Assembly (NCBI RefSeq): GCF_009834535.1
Contig: NC_045697.1
Coordinates: 13,022,001-13,086,000, forward strand
Origin: Camelus ferus
Taxonomy: Eukaryota
Length of the DNA stretch: 64,000 nt
Direction of reading: 5' to 3'
Shown: positions 12,431 to 25,107 of the stretch, one piece after another
Layout of the letters: every line of letters begins with the position of its first letter
Numbering within the stretch: position 1 is the stretch's first letter
Program-made: the position numbers and the translations under genes
Notes under the pieces: generated by a model
Told to the model about the DNA's origin: nothing
Database searches by the model: none
Seen by the model: the letters and a program-made list of their open reading frames with translations, nothing else

Positions 12431-15400
12431 TTCCTTTGAGTTATGTCATCTTCTACCTTATTGTATATTGTTTATATATAATGGAATGATGCAATTTTTG
12501 AATGGATTAAATTATTTTTAATCACTCTGTGTATCTGAAGATAAGGATTTATCAAGGGAAACTTCCTAGAGTAGACAATGTGTACCTTGTTTCAAAATAA
12601 TAAAAGAAACACGAGACAGACAAATAGGGGAAGGACTAATAAACCAAAGGATCGACTTTTGCAAAAACTTGAAGGCATTTTAAAACTTTAGTATATGCAG
12701 GGAAAGAACATCAGAGCCCTACTTCTAGAACATAAAGTTTTGGTTGGGGAATAATAGTAGTTGGTAGGTAAGCAAGGGCAAGGTTAGACAGCAGACTAAG
12801 GAGCCTGGTACCTTCTCTATCTTATGATGGTCATGGCTCGCAAGGCGAACAGCCACTCAGTGGTCTTTGGGTTTGACCAGAGAGGATGCCAGGGTTTCCA
12901 TTGAAAGGATTACTAGATGCCCTCGGAGAGTCTGCTGTATGTTTTTGTCATTAATAAAACACATTGAACTCTCACAAGGTAGGTTCCCCTGGAAGGTGTC
13001 GGGGAGAACAGGGTCTGGAGATTATCCCAGCTTGAGATTTTATGTAGATCTATGAATTTAGCAAGATCACGCAGGTATGATATCTTATCATGGAAATTCT
13101 AATGCATATTAGAATAATAAAAGGTGAAGATACAGAAAATAATGAGCTCTCTACAATATACATGGAAAAGGAAATGTCTCTTATTAAAATATATAGAGGG
13201 ATTTCCCTAGAAAAATGAGAGTTAACAGTTTGGAATAATTTCTCTATGCATTTTTATTAGGCAAACAATCATTAAATAGGATGTACATGAGAAATAGTAG
13301 GGATTAGTGGTTTGGATAAAAGGAGTGCTGTGTTTGGAATTTTTCTCCTTGAAAATAAGCCTGGTAGAGGAAAATTCGGGCAGACAGCCATTAAAAGAGA
13401 GGATTTCACTGGATTTGGGTCTGAGTGCAAACACAGAACAGATTTTTTTTTTCATTTATAGCTCAAGACCTAGTCAAATCTTTATAAATTTCAGAGAATG
13501 TGAAGAACCCACATAATCTTTCCAAAGGATTAATTTTTTGAGAAATGAATGCTTAGAAATTATTAACAGTAATTCAGGCAAGAAAGTACTGATATTTGCC
13601 TTGCTTCAAAGAAAAAAAGGTAAAAGTTTCACCCCTGTCCAATGTCTTCCCTATACCAAATACATTATTCTTTGCCATGTACATGAGTGTGTAGGTGTCA
13701 GATGCTAAAAGACTGACTGAAGAAACTAAAGAAAAGCAGGATAATCTTTTAGAGACCTGGAACCCTCGGTTAAAAGTGTGGTACAAGGTACCTGAGTGTC
13801 CTCAATTACTCATTGAATTACTTGCCCTCTCTGGGAGTCAGTTATCCCATGTATAAAATAGGCTGACCTGTGTGTATGTAATTCTTTCTAGTTGTAACAT
13901 TACACTACTATTAATTAAAATGCATTTCGCATGGTGTGTGTGTGTGTGTTTGCCTGACCAGCATCTATTCCTCTTACTCAGGTAATAGTATTTAGATTTA
14001 GTTTGGGAATTTACTGAGATCTTATTCTCTGTTCATTATAACAGAAGTATCATAAGTGCAGACACTGATGTACATATATGTGGTATATGACTGGCATAAC
14101 ACAAAAGGTGTTTAATACATACTCGTTATATATTTGTTCAATAATGTAGCTCAGGTGGGGTTCCATTTCCCACTTCCAGGGAGTTGCTAGTGATCCGAGC
14201 CTGGCTGATATAAAAGTACCATGTTGGCTTTGTTTTTGTTTTTAAAAAGAATATGTATGTAACCATTTGACCAGATGAGGTTCAATGTTTATGATCTTGT
14301 TAACACTATTAAGATAGAAAACTCTACTTCTAAATTTGAAGGTATATTGAAAGGAATTTCTGAGGTTCACCATAAAAATATCTGAGAACTTTAACCAACC
14401 TACTAGAAAGCAGAACTGAGAAAAGAGAGAGAAGAAAGAAAGAAAGAAGGAAGGAAGGCAGAGAGGGAAGGAGAGAGGGAGGGGGAGGCAAAAAAGAAGG
14501 GAGAGGGGGCTGGGTGCGATGGTATAGGGTAATGCATGGTGATAAGCTTTGGGCACCTAGATACATTCATTTACAAAGGAAGCTACATCTCCTGGACTTT
14601 TCAGTTACAAGTGGCATTGAGTTCCCTGTTTTGTTAAGCCTGCTTGATTTTCTGTAATTTGCAATTTAAAATATCTCAATTTCTTGGAAAAGATTGGAAA
14701 ACTGAGAAGAAACTGGAATGCATTTTTTCTTTTTAAGACAGGGAAATATTCCAAAGTGAAACAGATAATAACTCATACAAAGAGATTTTTTTCCAGCAGT
14801 GTTCGCATCCTGAAACCCATTACACATTGGAATTTGGGGTCAAACAAAATCGTGTGCAAATCCCAAATCCATTCTTATAGGTTGTATAGTCCAGCTCAGG
14901 ACCTAACAGTACACAGCCGGTGCTTCATTAATTATGTTGAATAAAGGAATAAATCAGTGGGTGAATAAACTTTGCAAGATTACAACACTCTTGCAGGAAA
15001 AATGCTATAGGACTATAATGATTCATTGTAATCTAAATGTTAAGCTCTGTACAATTCCTCCACACAGTACACAGTCTACAATAGCACCCTATTTCTTAGT
15101 GATGAAATTGAGTGAAAATTAATATATCCAGGGCAAGCTCAAAGGGAAAAAAAAAGAGAGAAAGAAAGAGAAAGATGAAGGGGAGAGGAAGAGGAAGAAA
15201 AAAGAAAGAGGAAGGGAAGAGAGAGAGAAAGAGGAAGACAGAAAGAGGCAAGTCCTTTGCAATTTAACTAAATTTCTGGAAAGAGGTCTGCATATAACCC
15301 TTATGTTAAAAAAGGGTTTAAAAAAGAAACCTTGTGTTTAACAATGTTCTAGAAATACCTTCTACCCACTTTACCTGCAGTCACTGCCTACCTCTGGGCA

Positions 15401-16253
15401 TCTGTTCCTAAAGGTGGCATTCAGAACAGAAACCGCTTTATGATGTGGGAGTAGGATTCACATCCTTTGCCATGGGGGAAGTTGGTTTGCTATTTTGTCT
15501 AGAGAAGTCATCTGTATGCATCACCACCATTCTCCAAGGGCGAATTATAAGACAGTGGTTGATGTGCCGCATAGCAAATTATAGTCTACAGACTGACAAG
15601 ATCAAAAGGAAAGTGCCAACGTGGAAATGGTTACCACAGGTGTCAAATAAGGTGTCACCCTAATTCACCTATACACAGGTTTGTGATATGTTTATAGAAA
15701 GTATTGCTCTTGGGGAGTTGTTTGTGTGAAAAATGTCTGCAGCAACCTGGTTTCACCATTTTCTGCTGGAAACCCACAGCAGAATTATGAATTATTTTTA
15801 ACAGAACAGTTGTAATATCGCAAAGTGTAGATACCTCAATCATGCTTTTAAAATAGCTAGTCTTGGAATTGGAAATATATGACTAAAATAAAACTAGGAT
15901 TTTAATAGAGTGAAGTCAATTTAGACAATTTTAACAAGCAGCCTGGGATAGGCAAGAATTGGCCACATTTCACTTCTTATAACTGACATAGAGGAAGAAC
16001 GAGGAACTTCCTTCCTGAAGTGGCGGGCCAAGTCTATATTCATTCCTTTGCCTTCTGGAAGTTGTGTGCGTATGTGTGTGCGCGCGCGCACGTGCAAGCC
16101 TTTTGGAGAGCTGGGAGGAGTCCAGAGAGCTTTAAAAGACCCAAGGTTCAACGCTCATGTCTGTGCATATGGTTCTCCCTACGACATTAATAAATATCTC
16201 TAAAGCCTACCACAGTAGCCTTGCATTCTCACAAGTCGCCAGTTAGGTTTTAG

Positions 16254-16414
16254 AGTGGTGTTTCCTCAAGTATGGTCCCAGGACAGCCCCCTTCCCTATC
16301 ACTCGACGTGTCTGTTTAGATTGTGAGTCCCGAGCCTCACACTGGGCCTGTGTCATTTCTGGGAGGACACTGAAGAAATCTCCAGTGGGAAACGTGTAAT
16401 TTGAAAACCACTGC
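16254..16414. mobile_element. MER5-family MITE
   Basis: tttcctcaagtatggtcccaggacagc...tttgaaaaccactg termini. Confidence 0.55.
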
Positions 16415-16427
16415 CGTAAACAACTCA

Positions 16428-16690
16428 GTGTGGTATTCTGCAGTGACTAAGAGAAGATATTAGAACCCAAATGCCTGGCTTCAAATTTATTTTCCACCAG
16501 TTATAAGCTGTGAAACACTGAGAAAGTTACTTATCTTCCCTGTACCTCATTTTTTTTTGTCTTTAAAATAGGCACAGATACACATTATATAATAATACCT
16601 AAATTGCACATATATTGTTAAAATTAAATAAATTGATAGTATAAATCACCTGAAGAAGTGCTAAGCTCTAAGTAAATGTTAATTAATATA
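16428..16690 (+). mobile_element. MIR
   Basis: gcctggcttcaaat...agctgtgaaacactgagaaagttacttatcttccctgtacctca...ctttaaaatagg core. Confidence 0.75.
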
Positions 16691-19600
16691 ATATGAGAGG
16701 TTACCAGGCATGAGAATTCTCTTAACTCACACAGTTTTCCCAAATTCCCCTACTATTTCATAGTATTTCCCTTATTCTGATTTCTAAGCTCCATGAATGT
16801 AAGGGTTATGTTAATTTGCTTACCTCTTTGCACAGCACCTAAGATACTGTATTATGAATAATTTTTTAAACATCTAATTTAATACCACCCTGTATTTCCT
16901 TATTAGAACCAACAGCAAAGGAATAACCGTTAACAGCTTACTGTCTCATAGGAAATTAACCTTACCATTTTAGGATTGAGAAAAATGTGTGGACTCTTCA
17001 AACCCAAAAAGTTTCCGGACTTTATCAAGACAGTCTTTATAAAAGACAGGCTTGTATCCCTTTATCTTGTTGCTGCTTTGGCTTCTTTTCTTCTCCCTTT
17101 GCATAGAATGCCCCCCATAGTCTAATTTCTGCTTGCCTCTCAGCTTCACTGACTTTTATTTCCCCCTTTCTTTTGCTAAGTTTCAGGTTTGGGCACATGG
17201 TTTACAAGGACCACAGACTCTTAGCTAGGCATTACCACACTTGCTGCACTGTCTCCCTGAAAAGTTCTTCTCGAAACCTTCACCATCTCTAGTCAAAACT
17301 ATTTGTCCATGGACCTGTGTCTCCCTCTGTTTGATGAGTATATTGTGGTCAGGAACCTTGTCTCATTCATCCCTACATCACCAGCGCCTGATTCCAGGCA
17401 ACACACACACACTCTCACTGAAGAAAGGAAGGAACTGAGGACACTGTAGCCCAGGATTCTTCCCTTTCCTTGTGATCTCCTCTCAAGCATCAGTCTAGGT
17501 TGTCATCATCTCAGGGGAAACCCTGGCACTGGACCTGCTAGGGGCCAGACTGGCCAGCCAGGAAGAGACTGATCAGGCTGAGGGGCATTCCTTCAGACTC
17601 TGTAAAGCCCACAGACTCTGCAAAGCTTAGCCTCAGAAGTCACTCAACCATGATCTTGCTGTGTTCTCTCAGCCATCAGCTAACACTAGGGGTTTGCTCA
17701 GAAGCAAGGAGAAGAGCATGCATTGCTGTGGGGGACTTGATTCATCAGTTGGGAGGACAAAGCCCCTTCAAGACAAGCCACCACCCTCTCCCTTATCTTT
17801 TTCTGCCTCCTCAGATAAATTATGAAGAAGCGTCTTATCATGAACACTGTAGAAACTTTTAGATCTGCTACATCTGGTTTCAGAGCCCGAATCATCATTT
17901 ATCAGCAGCTCATATAATCTGTAAGAGGGAGCTAAAAATACCATATCTATATTGTAAGTTTATTGTGAGAATAAAAGATAGTAATGGTACAACTTCTGCT
18001 GTAAAGTAGGCACTTAGTAAGGGGTATCTATTGTTAATATTACTTTGATAATTTAACAATTAAGTACTTATTTAACATAAAAAAGAGATGAAGTACAAGA
18101 TTTATGTTTTTCCCCCATTTAAAAAAAATCTCTAAATCAACCCCATTCTGAATTTCCTTATACAAGATTATATATTTTCAGCTCAGTTTCAATATATTTT
18201 GTGTACAGGTTGCCCTTAAATCTGAAATGAAATCAATAACATTTAAAAGCTCTATTGATTTCGATCTACCAACAACAATGTGTAGTCCGAAGCTTGCAAA
18301 TATTCTTTCGTACAGATGAATTATTGATAACACAGTGTTTCAAAATATTTGGCCTTTGTATTATTAAGTTAAATGCCTTTTTCTAATGAATGAAAGTACC
18401 CTGTATATCAAGCACGTGCAAATCCATCAGTTTTCACAATTTTCTTATAAGAAAACATTGCTATTCTAACTTCTTCCTTTATAATTTTAGGAAACTTAGG
18501 CCAAAGAAGTTAAGTGCTTGATCAAATCCATTCCATAAACTCATGGTAGAGAGGGGATTAGTCTTGTGTCCCTAACTACGAGTTTGTGGCATTGTTACTA
18601 AGTGCAAACTGCTATACTGGCTCTGTACCAGGTGCTACCAAAAGTAAAAACAAAACAAACAAAACAAAACAAAACTCCTTTGCAAAGCATCATTCATTCT
18701 GCTTTGGCCATCGAGCCATTATCTTTTGATTAGAGAAGTAAAAGTAAAAACTTTGAAACAAATGGTAAGGGTGTATTTTTACGACATTTCTAAGTAAAAT
18801 CAGAATCACTGACCCCTGAAGATTTGTTTTTAGAATTACAGCAAAATGGATTTCCATTAATTCAGTGTTTCTTACAACTCCAAGGCTGGCCAAGATCCTT
18901 AGAGGTCAATGAATGCAATAACCTGTTGCTAAGCAAGACCCAGGTACACTTCAATGCGGCAAGAATGGACTTTTCCTTTCTTAAAATTGCCAGCCCAAAA
19001 TTTCTCTTTGCTCTGTTCATAACATAGGTAACAAAGCATCTGATCTTTTATCCAGATAACACTTTCTTATCCATCTTTTCCAATTTTCTTATTCTGAAAA
19101 TGAAGGAACAGAAGTTGAGTCCTTGTCCAGTACTCTCATCCAGTGCCAACACTGTCCTGTGCCCACACCTCCTGACTCTGCTACAGACAACATCAGACAC
19201 TTTCTAAAACATCTGCAATTTATATTAATAATAGGAATTTAGGTTTTATATTATCATATGAAATATCAGTTTCAATAATGTCTGAGGGTTTCATAAGGAC
19301 AAGGACCATATTTTCATCTTTAATTTCCAGGTTCCCTCACAATGTTTGATAGATGGAAGACTTTCAAAATACACATGATAAATGAAAGAAAGGATGGATC
19401 ATGAGTTAATGACCTCAATCTTACTACTATTAGGATAGGCAGATAGTTCTATCTGTAAACAGCCTAATTTTTACATATTAAGACATCTTCTGAGGAACTG
19501 ACTGGATTCTCAGGCAGAATCAAGAAATCTTTTGGCAGAATATGTCATTGCTGTTAAGAAATTTCTTCTTTTATTTCAGCATTGTTTCTTCTGGAGTGTC

Positions 19601-19955
19601 TCAACCTAGTGGTCTCTCCCCTAACTCTGCTACGTTTGATTGTCAGGGAATGCAGAAAGACTTAGATAATGCTTAATCTTTGCAACAACCTCATTGAGCA
19701 AGACTTTCAGAGCTGAGTCTTACTGACTTGTCTAATGTGATGTGAAAGGTAGTGATGGGATTAGAAATAGATTCTATTTTCTGGCTCCAAAGCCTATGTC
19801 TTTAGATATGATACTCTTCTGTCTTCAAGCATTGTTGAAAGATGCTTGTGCTCACTTCTGAACTGGATCTGTATCTACTTCCTTACCAAGTCCTCTTAAG
19901 AGATGCAGTATTACCAAACTGGTTGATTTAACCAGAGATATTTGTGGGACTATAT

Positions 19956-20697
19956 ATATATTTTTTTCTTTAACCATTTTGAGTTTTTTTTTTTTAACAT
20001 TTTTTATTGATTTATAATCATTTTACAATGTTGTGTCAAATTCCAGTGTTCAGCACAATTTTTCAGTCGTTCATGGACATATACACACTCATTGTCACAT
20101 TTTTTTCTCTGTGAGCTACCATAAGATTTTGTGTATATTTCCCTGTGCTATACAGTACAATCTTGTTTATTAATTCTACAATTTTGAAATCCCGTCTATC
20201 CCTTCCCACCCTCTGCCCCCTTGGCAACCACAAATTTGTATTCTATGTCTATGAATCTATTTCTGTTTTGTATTTACGCTTTGTTTTTTGCTTGTTTGTT
20301 TGTTTTTGTTTTTTAGATTCCACATATGAGCGATCTCATATGGTATTTTTCTTTCTCTTTCTGGCTTACTTCACTTAGAATGACATTCTCCAGGAGCATC
20401 CATGTTGCTGCAAATGGCATTATGTTGTCGGTTTTTATGGCTGAGTAGTATTCCATTGTATAAATATACCACATCTTCTTTATCCAGTCATCTGTTGATG
20501 GACATTTAGGCTGTTTCCATGTTTTGGCTATTGTAAATAGTGCTGCTATGAACATTAGGGTGCAGGTGTCATCCTGAAGTAGGGTTCCTTCTGGATATAT
20601 GCCCAGGAGTGGGATTCCTGGGTCATATGGTAAGTCTATTCCTAGTCTTTTGAGGAATCTCCACTGTTTTCCATAGTGGCTGCACCAAACTGCATTC
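19956..20697 (-). mobile_element. Young 5'-truncated L1 (camelid-type): ORF2 C-terminus, 3'UTR, poly(A)
   Basis: ORF 20313-20777 contains LPYDPGIPLLGIYP...MFIAALFTIAKTWKQPKCPSTDDWIKKMWYIYTMEYYSAIK (L1 ORF2p C-terminus); TSD tgtgggactatat (19943-19955) / tgtgggaatatat (20698-20710). Confidence 0.97.
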
Positions 20698-21059
20698 TGT
20701 GGGAATATATTGAATAAGTGGGCTTGGTTCCTGTGCCTTAAAGGCTGTCGAGCAGTGAGATTTCTTCCCCTCTTCACTTTTGTGGTCAGAGATCAGTGAG
20801 AGGGCTAGATTCACTTCTGTAAGAAAGGAAGGACCACATCTTCCATCTGCCTTTTCCTGAGGGATGCTCATGGTCTGTCAAGGATAATGCTTTGCTTGGG
20901 TTTGCTCATCTTACCCCTGTCCCTCTGGTACTGGTGAGTATGTTCTTATTACATAGCTGTAGTAAGATTGTACCCTGAGGTCAGAGAGGGGAGAGAGAAC
21001 AAGACTTGAGATCATGATGGGAGGAACCTCCCTTATGTATTCCAATCTAAACCAATGAG

Positions 21060-21540
21060 AAAGTGAAAAACAGTCCTGTTAACAATCAGAGTACCGTGTT
21101 CCCAAAACATAAATAATGCTCAAACAAGGACAACGCTTTGGCCACTCTGCCTGTGCTTTGATAAGATGTAGACAAGGCTCCTCAGGACCATCCTCATCTC
21201 CTGAGAGACACTGCCTTTCTTTGAGTGATTGCTGCTCCTTTACTGTGGCAGTTCTAACTCCACTTTATTCTGCTGGCCTCCTAGATTAAATTAACTTTAA
21301 TATCTAGTCATTAAATTACCCTCAGTTTTTTGATAACATCTGAACCTAAAGTTCCTGCTTCCCTAAATCTTGCTTAGAATTTTCTAAGACAAACCCTGAT
21401 CCTATAAAAAGCTCCTTCCAATTCTCTCTTCCCACCTAGATTCCCCTGGGGTAAACCATTCCTTTCTGCAGCAAGCTAGATTCTTAACCATTATTTTGAC
21501 TGGAGACATGTTCCTGGTGGCCTTTAAAGGTGGACTTTCA
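21060..21540 (+). mobile_element. MER31/MER67-like ERV1 LTR
   Basis: TATA-like ctataaaaa near 21402; end gacatgttcctggtggcctttaaaggtggactttca resembles MER31-group U5; 5' boundary uncertain. Confidence 0.5.
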
Positions 21541-22096
21541 TTACGTGTTTCTCACTGCACCCTGCGTTCTCCAAATGTTCAAGCAGCTCTGTGTTAAGGA
21601 ATTCTGGGTCCTTGTCGAGCTATAAATCAAAGGCATACATGCTTCTCTGTGAGGTTACTGTGCTTCATGGTATAACTCCCTCAGTCAAGAAGTTGATCAG
21701 AAAAAAATGTGAATCATATTCAGGAACAGAACAGCATCTTGAATCATAAGGATTTCTGGTTGCATTCCATCTGCCTTGCTCTTTTTTTGTCTGTCTTTGG
21801 TAGGCAGGGCTAGATTAAAGTCTTCAGAGGTGGAAAGCTTTAAAAATATTACTGTTTCCTTTTGTTTATTTTTGCCCCTATTCAGTTCTTCCCATAAGCA
21901 TTTGCTTAGTCTGAGTATTACTTAATTAGCCAATGCTACTGTACGCCTTGAGAGGGACCTTTGCTAGGACTGCTGTGGTAAAATCACACCCTCCAAACTG
22001 AGGGGAAAAACAAGAAGAAAGAGCAAAAGCCTCCATGTGCCTGGAGCCTAGACTACTGTTTCTTTTTAACTGAAAAACACTGTTGGGAGGTGAGGG

Positions 22097-22128
22097 GTGT
22101 GTGTGTGTGTTTGTGTGTGTGTGTGTTT

Positions 22129-22163
<35 letters not shown>

Positions 22164-22207
22164 AGTGTGTGTGTTTGTGTTTGTGTGTGTGTTTGTGTGT
22201 GTGTGTG
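22097..22207. repeat. Interrupted (TG)n microsatellite with TGTT variants
   Basis: Read directly. Confidence 0.95.
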
Positions 22208-22369
22208 CTCATGCAGGAGGAAGAGGGATTATTTAATACTTGTTTAGCCACTAATGAAACAATTAAATTGTAAATAGAAGGGAAAGGAAGCTAATGCAAA
22301 ATTCTAAAACTAAAACTTATAAGCTGGAAGACACTTCTCAGTGGACTTTTCGCATATCAGCAAAGGCAA

Positions 22370-22680
22370 ACACTAACTGAGTTTTTATAGTGACATGTGA
22401 TCTGTGCTTTGATGGGAAAATGCCAGAGGCTTAGGAGCTTACACAAGGGGACTTTAATTTAGAGTCTTCAAAAGGTGTCACAGCTGAGGTCTGAAGAATG
22501 GGTAGAAGCTTGCTAGGGAATCCTGTGTGGGAAAGAAGCTGAGGGCACACACAGTCTATGCAAAAGCCAGGAAGGAAGGAAGAGCTTGGAGTAGAGGAAC
22601 AGAAAGAAGTTCCATTGCATAAGGAATGGAAGTGGGGGAGTGCTAGGGGATGGGGTGAACCTCGTTAAACAGTGTGGACT
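22370..22680 (-). mobile_element. L2 fragment
   Basis: gtgctttgatgggaaaatgccagagg...agctgaggtctgaagaatgggtagaagc...gaggaacagaaagaagttccattg. Confidence 0.6.
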
Positions 22681-23114
22681 CATTGGCCATCTTTGTCGGT
22701 CCCATCTACATATGAGTACATTTTGGGGAGAGAAGGCAAGCTCTTTCATCCTCATTTGTACCCTATCAGGAAAAAGTGTTTTTACCTGAGGTCTAACCTA
22801 CACTGTCATTCCTGTCTCCTCATTCTTGAGTTGACCTCCGGCTGCTCAATAGTCTGGTGTGCCCCTGGATAATAGGTTTGGGTTCTCACCTGGTAAGTCT
22901 CTCTGGTCTCACCTTGCTGGGCCACAATCATGCTCGGAGGCTCAGAATATATGAGCAAGCAGCATTCCATTTGTGACTTGAGACGGAGTTACTTAACTGC
23001 TCTGTGCCATAAGGTTGTTGGAAAGATTAGCTGAATGATTTTATGTAAAACAATTGCAAATAGCTAGCACATAGTAAACACTCAATTACTATTATATCTA
23101 GTTATCTGCAGAAC

Positions 23115-23630
23115 AGTGTCCACTGCTTTGTGCTTGTTCAACATCCATCCCCACTTCTGCTGGTGATGGAACTGAAATGAACTTTGGAGAATTACTTCTC
23201 ACTCTAAGTCCATGGGTTGGCTTTACACCCTGGCTCCAGGTGTGAGCACATGCTGTAGGCTAGGCCAGTCCCAGTCCCAGTGATTCATTCATGAATGGAT
23301 TGTGATGCACTCTAAGTCAATGAACCATGATCTCGTGGCTTTGTGTTAGAAAGAGAATCTCTTTTTCACAGGGGGATTGCTAGATAGAGTGGAAAATAAG
23401 CCGAGAGTGCTCACTCAGATGGATTTCCTTTCTGAGAATGAAACCAACACAAAGCAAAGCAGACCTGAGGGACAGAGACCAACAGATTATTCTCAACCAC
23501 TGGATTCAGCTGTATCTTAAGTAAACATCTCATTTACATTTTTTGCTAAATTAGTAAAAGAAGAAAACTATATTTGATTTTGTTGTCAATCTGAGTAAGA
23601 TGCCTTCATTCCGAAAGAGCTCTAATGCAT
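23115..23630 (+). mobile_element. Old MaLR/ERVL LTR (MLT1K/LTR16-like)
   Basis: caacatccatccccacttctgctggtg...tggctccaggtgtgagcacatg...gagaatgaaaccaacacaaagcaaagcaga...ccactggattcagctgtatc. Confidence 0.6.
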
Positions 23631-24489
23631 TGACTTCCCCCAAGCATTTTCCAACTTGCAAGCTGTTCAAGGAGGGATGTGTGTACTGAGTCCACAAGGT
23701 GACCCAGGGGAACACTGTTGAGCATAGAGATTACTAATGTATGTATTTCATATTCGTTCACAAATTAAATCTCTTTCTGTCCTCAAATCAGCTTGGATCT
23801 AGGGACCCAGCAGCTTAGAACATTTGCGACTTAACCAGAGGCTTCTGGTCCTAGTTTTTCTCACATCTTGAGCCCTTGGTTATGTCAGACTCGCTAAGTT
23901 GTTGGCTTTTTTTTTTTTTTTTCCCTTCTTCTTCAAGAAAACAAATTTATACCATTTGTACTCATTTTAAATTATATTTCTGTCTCATTGTTCCTTGCTA
24001 TCCTACCTCCATTCCAATCTTTCTCAGATCAGGGAAATATTTTATCCAAGCTTCAACTAGCACATCAAAGAAATGAATTTTGGCTACTACACAGGCTCAG
24101 AATGGAGCCAAAGAGAAAAGGGGACCTTAAAGAAATACCAGTTTAACAACCAGAATTAGTGAGAAGAAACAATTGATATTAAGTGAAATGGGGATTGAGA
24201 TGGAGCAGGAGGTCAGTGCCTCACTGAAAATTGAATGAGAAATCCATGCCAAAGTTTTCTACTGTAGCAAAAACAGAAGAAAACACAGCCAACATTGCAT
24301 CAAGGGGGCAGGAGTACTTGAATGTGCAGATGAGTCCAGAAGCTACGAGAACTGAAATCAAAATCAGTAGGATTAAGTATAGTATTTTTGTCAGCTCTGT
24401 TCATAGACTAGTGAGAAGAAAGGCATGCTTTTTAATGTAACTTCTAAAAATATATGCAAAAGGCTATCTGCTTTTTCCTTGTTTAAGAG

Positions 24490-24665
24490 CTCTGGGTTTG
24501 ATTCCCAGCTCTTCTACCAACTAATTGTATGACCTTGGAGAATGTTCTAAACCTCCCTAACCATCTGTATCTATAACATAGAAATGATTATCATCATTGC
24601 CCCAACTCAGAGGACTGTAGTCACAACTAAACAAGACATTGAATATAAAGACACTTTACAAATAA
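24490..24665 (+). mobile_element. MIR
   Basis: ctgggtttgattcccagctcttctaccaactaattgtatgaccttggagaatgttctaaacctccctaa. Confidence 0.8.
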
Positions 24666-25043
24666 TGAGGACTACAAAAATAATAATTATACATATTAGT
24701 AGTATGATCATCTTTGCTATTATTTTGCGGATCAAACACTCAAGTGGAGATTCAAAAGAATACAATAAATATTCATCATGCAGATTATTTCATAACTTGC
24801 TGTATCAGTGGGCACATCCTTTTCAAAATGATAAATGCAATACATCAGGGATCTGAATCATTCTTCTCCCAAGAGGAAGGTACAGAGTTTATAATGATTG
24901 ATTGTGACCTTGAAAACATAATTATTTCAATGGTACTGAAATGCAATTTATTCTTTTTTGTATTTAGGTCAGGTGGAGGAATTTCACATTGACTTGCAGA
25001 AGTGGTAGTAGGGCACTTACAATTCAAAACACAAAAGGGAACA

Positions 25044-25107
25044 TTGTGTCAAATTCCAGTGTAGAGCAAACAACATTGTAAAATGATTATAAAACAATAA
25101 AAAAAAA
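25044..25107 (+). mobile_element. Minimal 5'-inverted L1 3' tip (~65 bp)
   Basis: Antisense ttgtgtcaaattccagtgtagagca then sense acaacattgtaaaatgattataaaacaataaaaaa; both match the L1 tail at 19996-20056; TSD aaaagggaaca (25033-25043) / aaaagggagca (25104-25114). Confidence 0.88.

Noticed and set aside
17594..17626. Tandem duplication cagactctgtaaagc / cagactctgcaaagc
   Set aside because: Two-copy local slippage duplication with no further structure
20313..20777. 154-aa ORF as a host gene
   Set aside because: It is the L1 ORF2p C-terminus read in from unrelated flank; the element is truncated and has no true start
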